Assembly: GCA_964016885.1 (NCBI GenBank)
Contig: OZ024743.1
Coordinates: 126,852,001-126,916,000 of the forward strand
From: Eledone cirrhosa
Taxonomy: Eukaryota
Direction: 5' to 3'
Length of the DNA: 64,000 bases
Position numbers and translations under genes: made by a program. Positions 12,791 to 25,478 of the stretch are shown piece by piece; position 1 is the first letter of the stretch; each line of letters starts with the position of its first letter. The notes under the pieces were generated by a model. It was not told where the DNA came from. It did not search any database and saw nothing but the letters and a program-made list of their open reading frames with translations.

Positions 12791-13433
12791 TTTTTTCTTT
12801 TTTATTTGTAATATTATTTATACAATAGGGAATAAAATAGATCTACATAGTGTTAACTCGTTACGGTTGAGCCAATAATTTCAGACATGAAATACATTGT
12901 TATCGGTGAAGGAAAGACAAGATTCTAGCTGGGTACACTCGAAGTGTCCTTGACCCAGTTGATTGTGGGTTTTTCTATTGTTAGGCTCACAGCTGCGGTC
13001 AGACCATAGTTATGCTGTCTGCATGGTCATTCAAATGCATTCACACTGGCTGTCTCAAAGACATACAAATATGGCTTATAAAACTTACCAAAGTGCCTCC
13101 CAAAGTTCCAAACGCCCCCTGGAGTTCCGAAACGCCCCCCGGGGGTGCATATGTCCCCCCCCCCCCCCCCCGTTGAGAATCTTTGCTCTAGATGAGTCTA
13201 CACTATTGCAAGTATTCAGGCTGATTGATACAAATCCGCTCATTTCACTATCTGTGTCCGACACGGTGGTTTATTTTGCATCTAACTCCGTGTGGATGAC
13301 TACTGTATATTAGTTAACAGACATGTTCATTGTTCATTGGTTCAACCCATGAAGTTAAATACCACAGAAATAATATTTTATCTCCAGAGAAAGTTGAAAC
13401 ACTGCGAGGTTCTACAAATCATATGTGGACGAA

Positions 13434-13575
13434 GCATGGCCGAATGGTTAAGAAGTTAGCTTCGCAATTATTATGTCCCGGATTCGATACCACCACGGGA
13501 TTTATTATAGCCTCGAGTCAATACATGCCTTGTGAGCAAAACTGGGTAGACGGAAACAGTTTGGAAGCCTGTCAA
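13434..13575 (+). mobile_element. tRNA-derived SINE, second family
   Basis: A-box TGGCCGAATGG, B-box GGATTCGATACC, followed by gccttgtgagc...gtagacggaaac...gaagcc. Confidence 0.6.
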
Positions 13576-14068
13576 ATGCATCTGTATTTCAAAGGGCTAG
13601 CTTTATCACACACTGTCCGGCTGAGTCTCCCTGAAAATTACGTTAAGGCTACTCGTATTTGTGGAAGGCACAGCCACTTACACATTAAATCTCATGAGCA
13701 GGCTGTCCCGTTGATCGTACATCTGAAATGCTCATCGTCAAAACCGACGAAAACCCATCTTTTATGGTTCGGTTACTGAATGTGGTGTGACGAAATTTCC
13801 TTGCCGTCTTATTTCTCACTAGACTCATATTGTAGCTCCTAATTACTTATGGTTACCTATAGTTTATTCATCGAGGATATTTGTGAGTTATACTTCGATT
13901 ATGATAAGATGAGATGTTGAGACCACGTGAACGTATTGTAGGCCCCACACACATGCATACATGTATATATGCAGACCTGTCAACTCTCCCCGCCCGATGG
14001 GGAGATCTCCCACCCACTTTGGGGTGGGTGAGAGATGTCTTCTCTTGTGAAAATGGGTATAGCTTTCA

Positions 14069-14247
14069 TGGCAGTATCGGTAGAGGGTCGGACGCCATGC
14101 TTTCCAGCATAGTTACGTCCCTTTACGATCTGAGTTCAAATCCCGCCGAGGTTGACTTTGCCTTTCATCCTTACGGGGTCGATAAAATAAAGTACCAGTA
14201 ATGCACTGGATAATTGATGGCCTTGTGCCTAAAGTAGAAACAATTAT
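14069..14247 (+). mobile_element. tRNA-derived SINE
   Basis: Same family as 5261-5637. Confidence 0.85.
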
Positions 14248-14424
14248 GTAAAATCTCCTCATTTTGCCTTATTTTTCCCCGTTTTGGGGTCCCTTTTTCA
14301 TGGTGCCTTTTTCTCTGGGCTTTTAGAGGTTGGCAGGCCTGATGTATATGTTTATGTGCACAAATATGTATGCGTGTACGTATATAAATATGTATTTGTG
14401 TACACGTACATGTATATATGTATG

Positions 14425-14496
<72 letters not shown>

Positions 14497-14700
14497 TATG
14501 TATACGTACATACATATATGTATACAGACGTACAGTAGTATGTATATATATACATACATGCACATATATATATATATATGTGTACGTATGGATTTACCGA
14601 ACATTTATTATAATGCTCAGTTTGTAAACAAACATCCCGAATTAAGCCGTACAGTGTTTAGCAACCATCGTTGCCCTTTTGTTCAACACTAACAAAGGAG

Positions 14701-14742
14701 CGATGTACTAGTTTCAAGCTTATTAGCTATCGTCAGCACCGT
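14701..14742 (-). ncRNA. Type I hammerhead ribozyme
   Basis: Minus strand ACGGTG-CTGACGA-T-AGCT(AATA)AGCT-T-GAAAC-TA-GTA-CATCG. Confidence 0.85.
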
Positions 14743-15417
14743 ATATCTTCCTGCCAGATGATTGAACGTCTGAAAGTATATACTTTCCTTATGCATATTA
14801 ACGGCTGAGCAGTCTAATTTGCATATCGAGTGAGTTAATCGGCCGGGCGCACCGAAAACGATAAATGGAAAAAATGAAACGAAATTTCATTTCTCACTCT
14901 TAGTACGGCTGATACTTAAATATAAGTATGTATACGTACATACATATATGTATACAGACGTACAGTAGTATGTATATATATACATACATGCACACATATA
15001 TATATGTACGTATGGATTTACCGAACATTTATTATAATGCGCAGTTTGTTTGTAAACAAACATCCCGAATTAAGCCGTACAGTATTTAACAACCATCGTT
15101 GCCCTTTTGTTCAACACTAACAAAGGAACGATGTACTAGTTTTAAATGTTCGGTAAATCCATACGTACATATATATATATGTGTGCATGTATGTATATAT
15201 ATATACACATTACTGTACGTCTGTATACATATATGTATGTACGTATACATACTTATATTTAAGTAACATCCGTACTAAGAGTGAGAAATGAAATTTCGTT
15301 TCATTTTTTCCATTTATCGTTTTCGGTGCGCCCGGCCGATTAACTCATTCGATATGCAAATTAGGCTGCTCAGCCGTTAATATGCATAAGACGTTCAATC
15401 ATCTGGCATGAAGGTAT

Positions 15418-15460
15418 ACGGTGCTGAGGATAGCTAATAAGCTTGAAACTAGTACATCGT
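15418..15460 (+). ncRNA. Type I hammerhead ribozyme
   Basis: ACGGTG-CTGAGGA-T-AGCT(AATA)AGCT-T-GAAAC-TA-GTA-CATCGT; palindromic ACTAGT stem III; GUA cleavage triplet. Confidence 0.85.
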
Positions 15461-15721
15461 TCCTTTGTTAGTGTTGAACAAAAGGGCAACGATGGTTGCT
15501 AAACACTGTACGGCTTAATTCGGGATGTTTGTTTACAAACAAACCGAGCTTTATAATAAATGTTCGGTAAATCCATACGTACATATATATATGTGTGCAT
15601 GTATGTATATATATACATACTACTGTACGTCTGTATACATATATGTATGTACGTATACATACTTATATTTAAGTATCAGCCGTACTAAGAGTGAGAAATG
15701 AAATTTCGTTTCATTTTTTCC

Positions 15722-15752
<31 letters not shown>

Positions 15753-15762
15753 TAAAGGAAGA

Positions 15763-15851
<89 letters not shown>

Positions 15852-15918
15852 TGGTGTTACAGCTTACACTTAGCTATAAACAAAATTTCATCATCAAAGT
15901 TTGTTTTTAGCTTAATTA

Positions 15919-15979
15919 ACAAGTCTGATGAGCAGATATGGAGATTGAGCCAATCATCTGTAAAACGTATGTAACTTGT
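15919..15979 (+). ncRNA. Type I hammerhead, probably inactivated (G12 to A)
   Basis: ACAAGT-CTGATGA-GCAGAT...ATCTGT-AAAAC-GTAT-GTA-ACTTGT; perfect 6-bp stem I; AATAAA follows near 15988. Confidence 0.65.
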
Positions 15980-16408
15980 CGCTAATCAATAAAAACATTA
16001 ATGTGAAACTTCATCTTGTTATAATTATATATATATATGTATATATACATATACATTCCAATGCTATTAGCAAATGTGGGTGGTATTGTGTTTTTACAAA
16101 ACAATTTGTACAGAGGGGAGAGGAGTATGGTGAGATAGGGTGTGTGGAAATATAATGAAATTCCTCATTAAACACACTATTTACAAGTTTTTCTTGAGAA
16201 ACAGCTCTGCATTTATAAAGAAAACTGCTTTTAACGAATAAATCATTAGCAATTTGTCATATTTTCTCTTTATATTTTCATCTTCTGCAAAATGAGGTGA
16301 AAATCTCAATATAAAAACGAACGCAAGATGGTGGATGTCTTGCTGGGATAGTGAAGAAACTTGAGTATTTTAACAGCCTGACTGATACTGATAGGTGTGT
16401 GTGCATGT

Positions 16409-16500
<92 letters not shown>

Positions 16501-17119
16501 GTGCGCTAAGCAGCCGATATATATTATAATTTACATCTGTAAATATACAATTTAAATAGGCGGCAAATTGACTGAGTGGTTAGAACGTCGGATTAAATGC
16601 TTTTGCTCTCTGAATTAAAATTCTGCCAGAAATCCTTTCGAGGTCGATACAAAAAAAAGACAAACTACCAGTCTATCACTTCCTCTTTTTTACACTCCGT
16701 CTCAGGAAGAAATCGGCTGTGTTCAGACCTAGAGAGGCGATGGGCTCCGCCAAATTTAAAATGTTCAAGACACGCCGTATGTCACTATGACACCGTCATA
16801 CAGTATAGAGGTAACCAAGATTATGTGAATGAATGCCTTTATATAATTACACATTGAGTATTTAGACACGTAAACATGCCAAATCCTCGTATTTCCCTGT
16901 AGATTGAAAACAACAACAACAACAACAACAAACAGATTATAAATACCGTTTGGAGTTCTCATAAAAAGATATACCTTTTTAACAATTCCAAGAAAATATG
17001 TATTAACTTATATACCCTATTGCTTATAAAATATAACTGAAATGGACGTAATAATTTGCGTGATATTAGCGAATTGGCTGGTAGTTAATTTTGAAATACA
17101 CACACACACACACACACTC

Positions 17120-17170
<51 letters not shown>

Positions 17171-19778
17171 GAGTGAGAGAGATTAAAATTAAACGAGAAA
17201 AAACTCTAATTACGGGAGTATCAACAAGGATGAAAATATAGATCTCCCCACCATGGTTTCATATGGGGAAGAACCATTTTGTAACTACCAATAATTCAAG
17301 ATATATATATATGTGTGTGTGTGTGTATACTCTGTCTTTGTTTTGTCTTTGAAAGCACCCTGGTAGAGTGCTTATGGCAGTCATTTTTTAAAATTTGAAT
17401 CAACACCAGCCTGTGTTCCCTGTAAATGGTCAGGCCTGGTTTACCTTCTCTTTGATGTGACCTCACGCGTCACTGAAAGTTGAGGATTACTACTACATTC
17501 ACTTGTGTCCATCAACGTGGTGTACTAGCTCATCATACGAACCTTTCCATCCCAGAGAAGCGAACTCCCGCTGAGGACGCAGTTCCTGGAAACTTACGAA
17601 ATGTATACTTACTTAATTTCTACAAATAGTGGTTCCATTCGGACCACTGCCAGTAGATCGGATTCGTAGAAACTGGTGCATCGACCCCGTAAGGATGAAA
17701 GGCAAAGCTAACCTCGATTTAATAATACAGACTTAATTAAACTATTGAGTGAGTGAGAAACGACCGAAGCTGTGTCCATTCTATTCGATAAGCGTCGTTC
17801 CATAATTATAGATATATATGTGTGTGTGAATATTAATTGAAAAGGTTTGTAGCGATGAGTGTATATGAATTTTCATAAAATTGTAGTATTCTCAGCGCGA
17901 AAGTGTAGCCGTTAACAGCTGGATATGATATGTATAGTAAAACGTCGGGTTAAGATATAACCTCATATCGAACGGAGAGTGGGAGAGAATGGAAAAAAAG
18001 AGAATCTAAAGCATGAAATGGGAAATGAGAGGGTTCTGGAGAGAGAGAAGGGAAGGGAAGAGAGGAGAAAAGCGGGAATGAGATCGATGGAGCAGGACTT
18101 ATGGAGAATTGCGAAAAAAGATTTAAAAATTGAGAAAATAAACTAACAAGAAATAGAACTTTAGAGTCATATGAATCATCAGCTCCCATCAGGACTAACA
18201 GTTTCTCGCGGGAGAGGAAGGACTATGTATAGAAGTCTTGTCCGCACAGCAGAACTTAAATTTCTGTTGTTCCAGCGTCAGAACAACAATTATTAAATTG
18301 TGCGCTAAGCATATATACTTTTATATATATGGTCCGTGGTTAAAAAGGTTCCCCCAGACAGAGGAGGGTCTGGTATTTGTAACCTCTGTCTTAGTGAGAC
18401 ACTCGAGATACTTCATGGCGGAACCAAGCTATTAAACAGAAGGGCCGACTTATTCAGTGCCTGCAGACACCTAAGGACGGGAACTTCCCTCAAGCTATAT
18501 GGATAAACCCCTGTTAAGGCCTCCCACAACCCCCCCCCCCCCCTTTAGGTCCCCTACACCCCGTACCAATGACCAATGGACAACAACAACCACCCAGAGT
18601 TTGTGGTCCCTATGGTGGATGGTCCACCGGATCCTCTACTGGTTAGGAATCATCAAAACCACGTTTTATTGAACCTGAGGACCCCCCCCCTCCTCCCGGG
18701 AGCGGCCCACACAGGAAGAACAATTATCCCAAGGTACTAACCCTATACGCATGAATGAGTGCCCGCAACCGTGCATTGTGTATGTATACTGGGACTGCGT
18801 GAATGTACACACTCATGTGAACGCAACGTAATACTAATACCCCAGGTTGGATTGATAAATGTTCGAGTGTATGCTTAAGAGTATATTTGTATATACTCTC
18901 TTGTATGCGTGCACATGTGTATATAGACATACACGCGCATGCAGAAGTATAAAAGTGTGGGTGGGTATATATGTCTGTACTAAGGGATTCGTCTAAGCTC
19001 CAAAGCCCCCAAGCTATTGCTGTGAAGATATATATCACGCTCTACCTTTGTCTAGCCTAAACAATAACTTTTCCAAACACCCACTTTACTTTTCTTTAAC
19101 AATAACACCCACCTAGTTTTATGTCTGCCTTATACTTGGATATGGGGGCCTCTGTTGTATATATATATGCACTTGTGCGTACATATATATACGCACCTGT
19201 ATGGATTTGTGTGTGTAGATGGGTGTGTCTGAGGGGGTAAGTGTGAGTGTATGTACAAGTCAACCAACATAAGCCTTTTATTTCTAAATTTCCTAAACTA
19301 TCTAAGTATTTGACTCTAACCATTATTTTAAGTATTACCACCTCACATTTATTCCTCAATTTGTATGTGTGGATGTGTGTGTGTGTCTGTGGAGAGTGTA
19401 TGTGCAAGCCAACCTACATAAGTCTTTTTATTTGTAAATTTTCTACTCTAACCATAATTTTCAGTAGCACCACTCCACATAAATTCCTCAATTTAAGAAT
19501 GACCTGTAGTATCTATTTCATACTACTGACCAGGAATGCTTTTTGTGAAAATCAGTCATATGGAACTATTGTCATCTTGCCTGACGGTTTGAACTTTACA
19601 ACACCACCTGCCTCTTTGAGGTCAAATACCAACCCTACTAACATCTACAAACTGACCAATGAGAATTAAGACTATTCCTGCTGACAACATTAAATTATTC
19701 CTAACAAGCTCATATGTCCCAAGGCTCTGATACCATCAACACTATAAACACAGAGCTGGCATATCTAAGAACTGACTA

Positions 19779-19834
19779 ACTGCCTGATGAGGTCATAGCC
19801 ATTCAATGGCTATCATCGAAATATATATAGCAGT
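19779..19834 (+). ncRNA. Type I hammerhead ribozyme (PLE 3' end)
   Basis: ACTGC-CTGATGA-GGTCATAGCCATTCAATGGCTATCATC-GAAA-TATATATA-GCAGT, then AATAAA and (TA)n; an upstream reading of PDGLN (about 19580) resembles a GIY-YIG C-terminus. Confidence 0.82.
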
Positions 19835-19875
19835 AAATAAAGGATTATGAGTTTATGCAATTGACTTATGTTTCG

Positions 19876-19955
<80 letters not shown>

Positions 19956-19957
19956 TA

Positions 19958-20041
<84 letters not shown>

Positions 20042-20043
20042 TA

Positions 20044-20085
<42 letters not shown>

Positions 20086-20166
20086 TATCTATATATATAT
20101 ATATATATATATATAAGTATATATATATATATAAGTATATATATATATATATATAAGTATATATAA

Positions 20167-20222
<56 letters not shown>

Positions 20223-20226
<4 letters not shown>

Positions 20227-20523
20227 ATGATAGAAATGATATCGTTTTCAAAGTCAGATAAAAGTTTGTTTCCTTTTTTCTCTCTTTTTCTCTCTTTCTC
20301 TCTCTCTTTCTTTCTCTCTGTGTACAATTTTGTCACTACCAAATCAACCTTCTCAAATGCAAGTAGATGTTGTTACGGTATGTCGAATCTATTTATCTAT
20401 AAAACTGTTTATATTGTATTTTGTCTGAGGAAGGCATAGCATATTGTTAATATGATATCCCTGAAATATATATAATGAAATAAATATGGTTTTATAAATA
20501 TAGTTTCCATTTATTTAATATTG
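20223..20523 (-). repeat. Inverted duplicate of the PLE 5' junction (reverse complement of 20943-21243)
   Basis: Near-identical; ORF-track translations 20227-20439(+) and 21028-21360(-) match over the shared part. Confidence 0.9.
20417..20482 (+). ncRNA. Type I hammerhead ribozyme (pLTR copy)
   Basis: TATTTTGT-CTGAGGA-AGG..CATATT(GTT)AATATG..CCT-GAAA-TATATATA-ATGAAATA. Confidence 0.72.
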
Positions 20524-20545
20524 TATATATATATATATATATATA

Positions 20546-20626
<81 letters not shown>

Positions 20627-20664
20627 TTATATATATATATATCTATATATATATATATATATAA

Positions 20665-20740
<76 letters not shown>

Positions 20741-20776
20741 TTATATATATATATCTATATATATATATATATATAA

Positions 20777-20947
<171 letters not shown>

Positions 20948-20984
20948 ATTAAATAAATGGAAACTATATTTATAAAACCATATT

Positions 20985-21050
20985 TATTTCATTATATATA
21001 TTTCAGGGATATCATATTAACAATATGCTATGCCTTCCTCAGACAAAATA
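20985..21050 (-). ncRNA. Type I hammerhead ribozyme (inverted pLTR copy)
   Basis: Reverse complement of 24584-24649. Confidence 0.72.
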
Positions 21051-21124
21051 CAATATAAACAGTTTTATAGATAAATAGATTCGACATACCGAAACAACAT
21101 CTACTTGCATTTGAGAAGGTTGAT

Positions 21125-23209
21125 TTGGTAGTGACAAAATTGTACACAGAGAGAAAGAAAGAGAGAGAGAAAGAGAGAAAAAGAGAGAAAAAAGGAAACA
21201 AACTTTTATCTGACTTTGAAAACGATATAATTTCTATCATACAAGGGGTCAAATTCAAGAGAAACTTCAAAGGCCAGGAATATCTGAAAGGCATTAAGGA
21301 TAACATTGAGAGCTTAGAGAAAACTGAGAAGATCTTGGTGAAATCTGACAAGTCCAACAACCTCTATGGAGTGCAGAAAGACATGTATAATGGCCTCATA
21401 CTGAAAGAGCTGAGGAAAAAGTACAAGGTAGCAGATAAGGCCGAGCTTGAGAAAATGAATGTCAAAGCATCTTGTATAATGCACGAGTTGGAAATTGAGA
21501 ACAGAACACAACCTTTCGTGCCCAGGAAACCGAAGATCAATATGAAAGATCACAAGCGGAATTTTGAAAATGACCTGCCAGTTAGATTGATCGCACCATC
21601 AAAATCGGACCTGGGCAAATTAAGCAAAAACATTCTTGACAGGGTGATACAGCAAATTAAGAACTTGGATTGTTTATCTAACCTGAACTTGTGGAAGGGA
21701 ACTGGAGAGGTCGTTGAGTGGTTTAAGCAAATTAAATATAACAATAATAATAAGTTTATTCAACTTGATATAGCTAACTATTATTCTTCTATTACCCCTA
21801 ATCTACTAAATAAGGCACTAAATTACGCATTCAAACATACTGACCTAACTAGCAATGAAATGCATATTATATTATCGGCTAGGAAAACTTTGATAGAATT
21901 TAATGACCAACTATGGACCAGAGCAGATAGAGATAGCAATTTTGACATTACTATGGGATCATCCGACTCAGCCCAGGTAACTGACCTTGTGGGTTTATTT
22001 TTAATCAATTCGCTACATAGGAAAATACCCGGTACTACCGGAGGTTTATATAGAGACGACATGCTTTTACTTATTGATAATAATAACTCTGAACTAAATA
22101 GAAAATGTAAACAAATTACACAATTTTTTAATTACTTTAATCTTAAAATAGAAATTGAAAACAACCATAGAATAGTCAATTTCCTAGATATAACATTAAA
22201 TCTCAACACATGTCTTCACTATCCTTTTCACAAGTTGAATGAAAACTTAAACTATGTAAACTTTAACTCTAACCACCCCAGATCTGTCAAAAACACTATA
22301 GTAAACTCTGTCCAAAAACGTATCTCTAGGATCTCGTCGAATAGAAAGATTTTCGACGAAAAAGCCCAATACTACAATGAAGCATTAGCTAGAGCAGGAT
22401 ATGCTGATAAGATTGTGTACATAGATAATGATAGACAAACTAAACAAAGTAACAACTTTTTTAATTACGGCAACATCCTTAACAACTATAATAGAAAGCG
22501 TTACAATAATTCCAAAGGCCAAAAAAGAAATAGAACTAGGAACATAATTTGGTTTGCCCCCCCTTTCTCACTAAACATTAAAACCCACATCGCTAAACTA
22601 TTTTTTAAAGCTCTTGATAATCGCTTCCCTAGAACACATAGATATCACTCAATTTTCAATAGACATACAATTAAATTAACCTACTCATCCACCAAAAATT
22701 TAGCACAAAATATCAATAGAATAAATAATAGGAACTTAAAACCTAATGATAACAGCATAAATAATATACAAGTTAACAAATGTAACTGTAGAGATAGATC
22801 TAAATGTCCGTTAAATAACAACTGCTTAGTTAAAAATATAGTATACAATTGTAATGTTAATACTGACTCTAATTATTTTAACTACGTCGGTTCCACATCG
22901 ACGGAATTTAAACTTCGCTATAATAACCACAAGAATTCTTTCACAGATCCAAGTAAAAAATCTTCAACGGCACTATCAGGCGTACTATGGCAACTTAAGC
23001 TAGATAACGTTAGATATTCGACGGCTTGGAATATAGTCTCAAGAGGGATTCCTTTTAATTCATCCTCTGAGACATGTGACCTCTGCGCAGAGGAGATATT
23101 CTTTATACTAAAATCTAAAAATTCCCTTAATCTACGGACAAATTTATTCAGTTGTTGCAAACATAGATTAAACTCAACGTTTAAATATAAATTTAAATTT
23201 AAAATGTAG
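21125..23209 (+). CDS. Penelope-like reverse transcriptase + C-terminal GIY-YIG endonuclease (Hydra-clade-like)
   Basis: 694-aa ORF: KSDKS, QLDIANYYSSI, ITMGSSDSA, LYRDD, FLDITL, SNHP; linker CNCRDRSKC (CxCx5C); IVY...YVG, RYNNH, CDLCAEE, LN. The first ~25 aa derive from the inverted pLTR, so the true N-terminus is missing. Confidence 0.93.
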   Translation: MVVTKLYTERKKEREKERKREKKGNKLLSDFENDIISIIQGVKFKRNFKGQEYLKGIKDNIESLEKTEKILVKSDKSNNLYGVQKDMYNGLILKELRKKYKVADKAELEKMNVKASCIMHELEIENRTQPFVPRKPKINMKDHKRNFENDLPVRLIAPSKSDLGKLSKNILDRVIQQIKNLDCLSNLNLWKGTGEVVEWFKQIKYNNNNKFIQLDIANYYSSITPNLLNKALNYAFKHTDLTSNEMHIILSARKTLIEFNDQLWTRADRDSNFDITMGSSDSAQVTDLVGLFLINSLHRKIPGTTGGLYRDDMLLLIDNNNSELNRKCKQITQFFNYFNLKIEIENNHRIVNFLDITLNLNTCLHYPFHKLNENLNYVNFNSNHPRSVKNTIVNSVQKRISRISSNRKIFDEKAQYYNEALARAGYADKIVYIDNDRQTKQSNNFFNYGNILNNYNRKRYNNSKGQKRNRTRNIIWFAPPFSLNIKTHIAKLFFKALDNRFPRTHRYHSIFNRHTIKLTYSSTKNLAQNINRINNRNLKPNDNSINNIQVNKCNCRDRSKCPLNNNCLVKNIVYNCNVNTDSNYFNYVGSTSTEFKLRYNNHKNSFTDPSKKSSTALSGVLWQLKLDNVRYSTAWNIVSRGIPFNSSSETCDLCAEEIFFILKSKNSLNLRTNLFSCCKHRLNSTFKYKFKFKM

Positions 23210-24583
23210 TATATTTAGTTTGATTTATAATTATATGGGAAACTAGCCGATAAATCTTTGATTCTCTTTTTATTCTTTTTATTTTTATTTTATTTATTTA
23301 AACATTCTTCATGAAAAATTAAGCTACCCTAAAAGTTGATGCTCCAAATATTTCGAATAAACGTTACACTAGATAAACTTCTATATTAAATATAAGAACA
23401 CATGTAGACCAAATTGGGCATCCTATACTTTTTGAAATGATCTTTGCTAGATGCGATTTGATAGATAATTTTTTGGCTTTATCTGTTTTTCGACTCTGAT
23501 GTTTATAATGAACTTGGCAATATATTGTCAATTAATTTTGAAGGGTTGATCTTTGTGGTTTATTTTATTTTATTATTGTAGTATTTCCTAATATTTTTAT
23601 TTTTAATATTTTTAATATGTAAATTTTTTAATATGTAATATTTTTAATATGTAATATTCTTTCGTAATATTTCTTAGTTTTCTATTTTATTATTACTTAT
23701 TATTATTATTGTTATTTTTAGTTTTGTTTCCGATATATTTTTATTTTTATTAGTATATTGAAATCTGCTCTATCTTTGCTTGATAGATAATCTTGTAAAG
23801 TAGAGACAGAAATAGTAATATTGACTCTATATACACATATATGTATACTTAAATTTTTTATACCGCATTGAGAATACTTTCCGTGAACTTAGGGTTTGCA
23901 GAATTGATCATGTACATTCACATAGATGTTTGTAATTATCACATAAACATATGAATTTTTTAAAAAACTAAACATAAGATCATTAATTTTCACACATTGT
24001 GGATACATATCTCATTCAGGAATACTGATATTTACAATGTAGAGGCTGGTTTTGTAAATACTAATACCTCTACATTAAAACAGAGGTTTTTACGCCTCGC
24101 CTGTGTCTGGATATTTTTGAATTTTTTCTCTCTCTTTTTTTCTGTCTCTATATTTTTTCTCTCCCTATATAACAGCTGGTTTTCCCTCCATATATCCCCC
24201 TTACATTAATACTAGAGCTAAATAAATAAATAAATAAATGTATCATTGATACGTTATTCAACAGACGTCCCACTACCTAGCTTTCTATATATATGTATCT
24301 ATCTCTATTTGCTCTCTCTCTATATATATATCTTTCTGTTTCTTTACATGAAGTTCTTCTCTTTATCTATCTTTCCATCTCTCTATTTTGTTCCATGCAT
24401 TTCTTCTTTTTCTTTTTCTTCGTTTTCTGTCTTTCTTTCCTTTTTTCTCTCTTTTTCTCTCTTTCTCTCTCTCTTTCTTTCTCTCTGTGTACAATTTTGT
24501 CACTACCAAATCAACCTTCTCAAATGCAAGTAGATGTTGTTACGGTATGTCGAATCTATTTATCTATAAAACTGTTTATATTG

Positions 24584-24649
24584 TATTTTGTCTGAGGAAG
24601 GCATAGCATATTGTTAATATGATATCCCTGAAATATATATAATGAAATA
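24584..24649 (+). ncRNA. Type I hammerhead ribozyme in the 3' pLTR of the PLE
   Basis: Same motif as 20417-20482; stem II differs compensatorily from the 1269-1333 copy. Confidence 0.75.
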
Positions 24650-24957
24650 AATATGGTTTTATAAATATAGTTTCCATTTATTTAATATTGTAAATATACT
24701 CCAAATATTTGTCGAGTGCTTTTATATCAGTTATAAATATTTACTAGTTGTAACCCAACAATTTAAATATAACTTTCCATATATATATATATATATATAT
24801 TGGATTAAATGCTCTGAAATAGCGATATATATGTGAAGATAGACATAGAATATTCGAAAATATTCTGTATGTTTATAATAAACATTTTGAAGACCTAATC
24901 GCTATAGAATAGAATACGTCACGTATTACAATTAGATTCTCGACAAAAGCAAGGGAA

Positions 24958-25000
24958 GTAACCTACGCGTTTCATTCTTATTAGAAATCTTCAGGATTAC
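24958..25000 (-). ncRNA. Type I hammerhead ribozyme (310-bp monomer)
   Basis: Reverse complement of 25436-25478. Confidence 0.85.
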
Positions 25001-25267
25001 ATATCCAGTGCTTTTATCGAGAATGACACAGCTAGAGACTTATAGAATACTTAGCTGTGTACAGGAACTGGTTTGAAAGAGCGGTTGCCGGTCCGGCAGA
25101 AATTAGAAATTGGATTAAATGCTCTGAAATAGCGATATATATGTGAAGATAGACATAGAATATTCGAAAATATTCTGTATGTTTATAATAAACATTTTGA
25201 AGACCTAATCGCTATAGAATAGAATACGTCACGTATTACAATTAGATTCTCGACAAAAGCAAGGGAA

Positions 25268-25310
25268 GTAACCTACGCGTTTCATTCTTATTAGAAATCT
25301 TCAGGATTAC
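25268..25310 (-). ncRNA. Type I hammerhead ribozyme (310-bp monomer)
   Basis: Reverse complement of 25436-25478. Confidence 0.85.
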
Positions 25311-25435
25311 ATATCCAGTGCTTTTATCGAGAATGACACAGCTAGAGACTTATAGAATACTTAGCTGTGTATAGAATACTTAGCTGTATTCTATAAGTCT
25401 CTAGCTGTGTCATTCTCGATAAAAGCACTGGATAT

Positions 25436-25478
25436 GTAATCCTGAAGATTTCTAATAAGAATGAAACGCGTAGGTTAC
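25436..25478 (+). ncRNA. Type I hammerhead ribozyme (310-bp monomer)
   Basis: GTAATC-CTGAAGA-T-TTCT(AATA)AGAA-T-GAAAC-GC-GTA-GGTTAC; palindromic ACGCGT stem III. Confidence 0.87.

Larger units (their letters stand above)
10671..13185 (-). mobile_element. hAT (Buster/Charlie-type) DNA transposon, defective
   Basis: TIRs CACAGGTTCTCAAC / GTTGAGAATCTTTG; perfect 8-bp TSD CTCTAGAT (10663-10670, 13186-13193); internal transposase remnants. Confidence 0.9.
14491..15723. mobile_element. Retrozyme-like tandem/inverted repeat, ~430-bp monomer with hammerhead
   Basis: Direct repeat 14491 vs 14921 (430 bp); inversion junction near 15143; inverted arm period about 414 bp (15144 vs 15558); non-coding; (TA)n on both sides. 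Confidence 0.8.

Noticed and set aside
17566-17610. CTGAGGA...GAAA hammerhead-like string
   Set aside because: Weak stem II and no stem I complement.
18185-18290. Minus-strand CTGACGC...GAAAC with hairpins
   Set aside because: Non-canonical core and no stem I.
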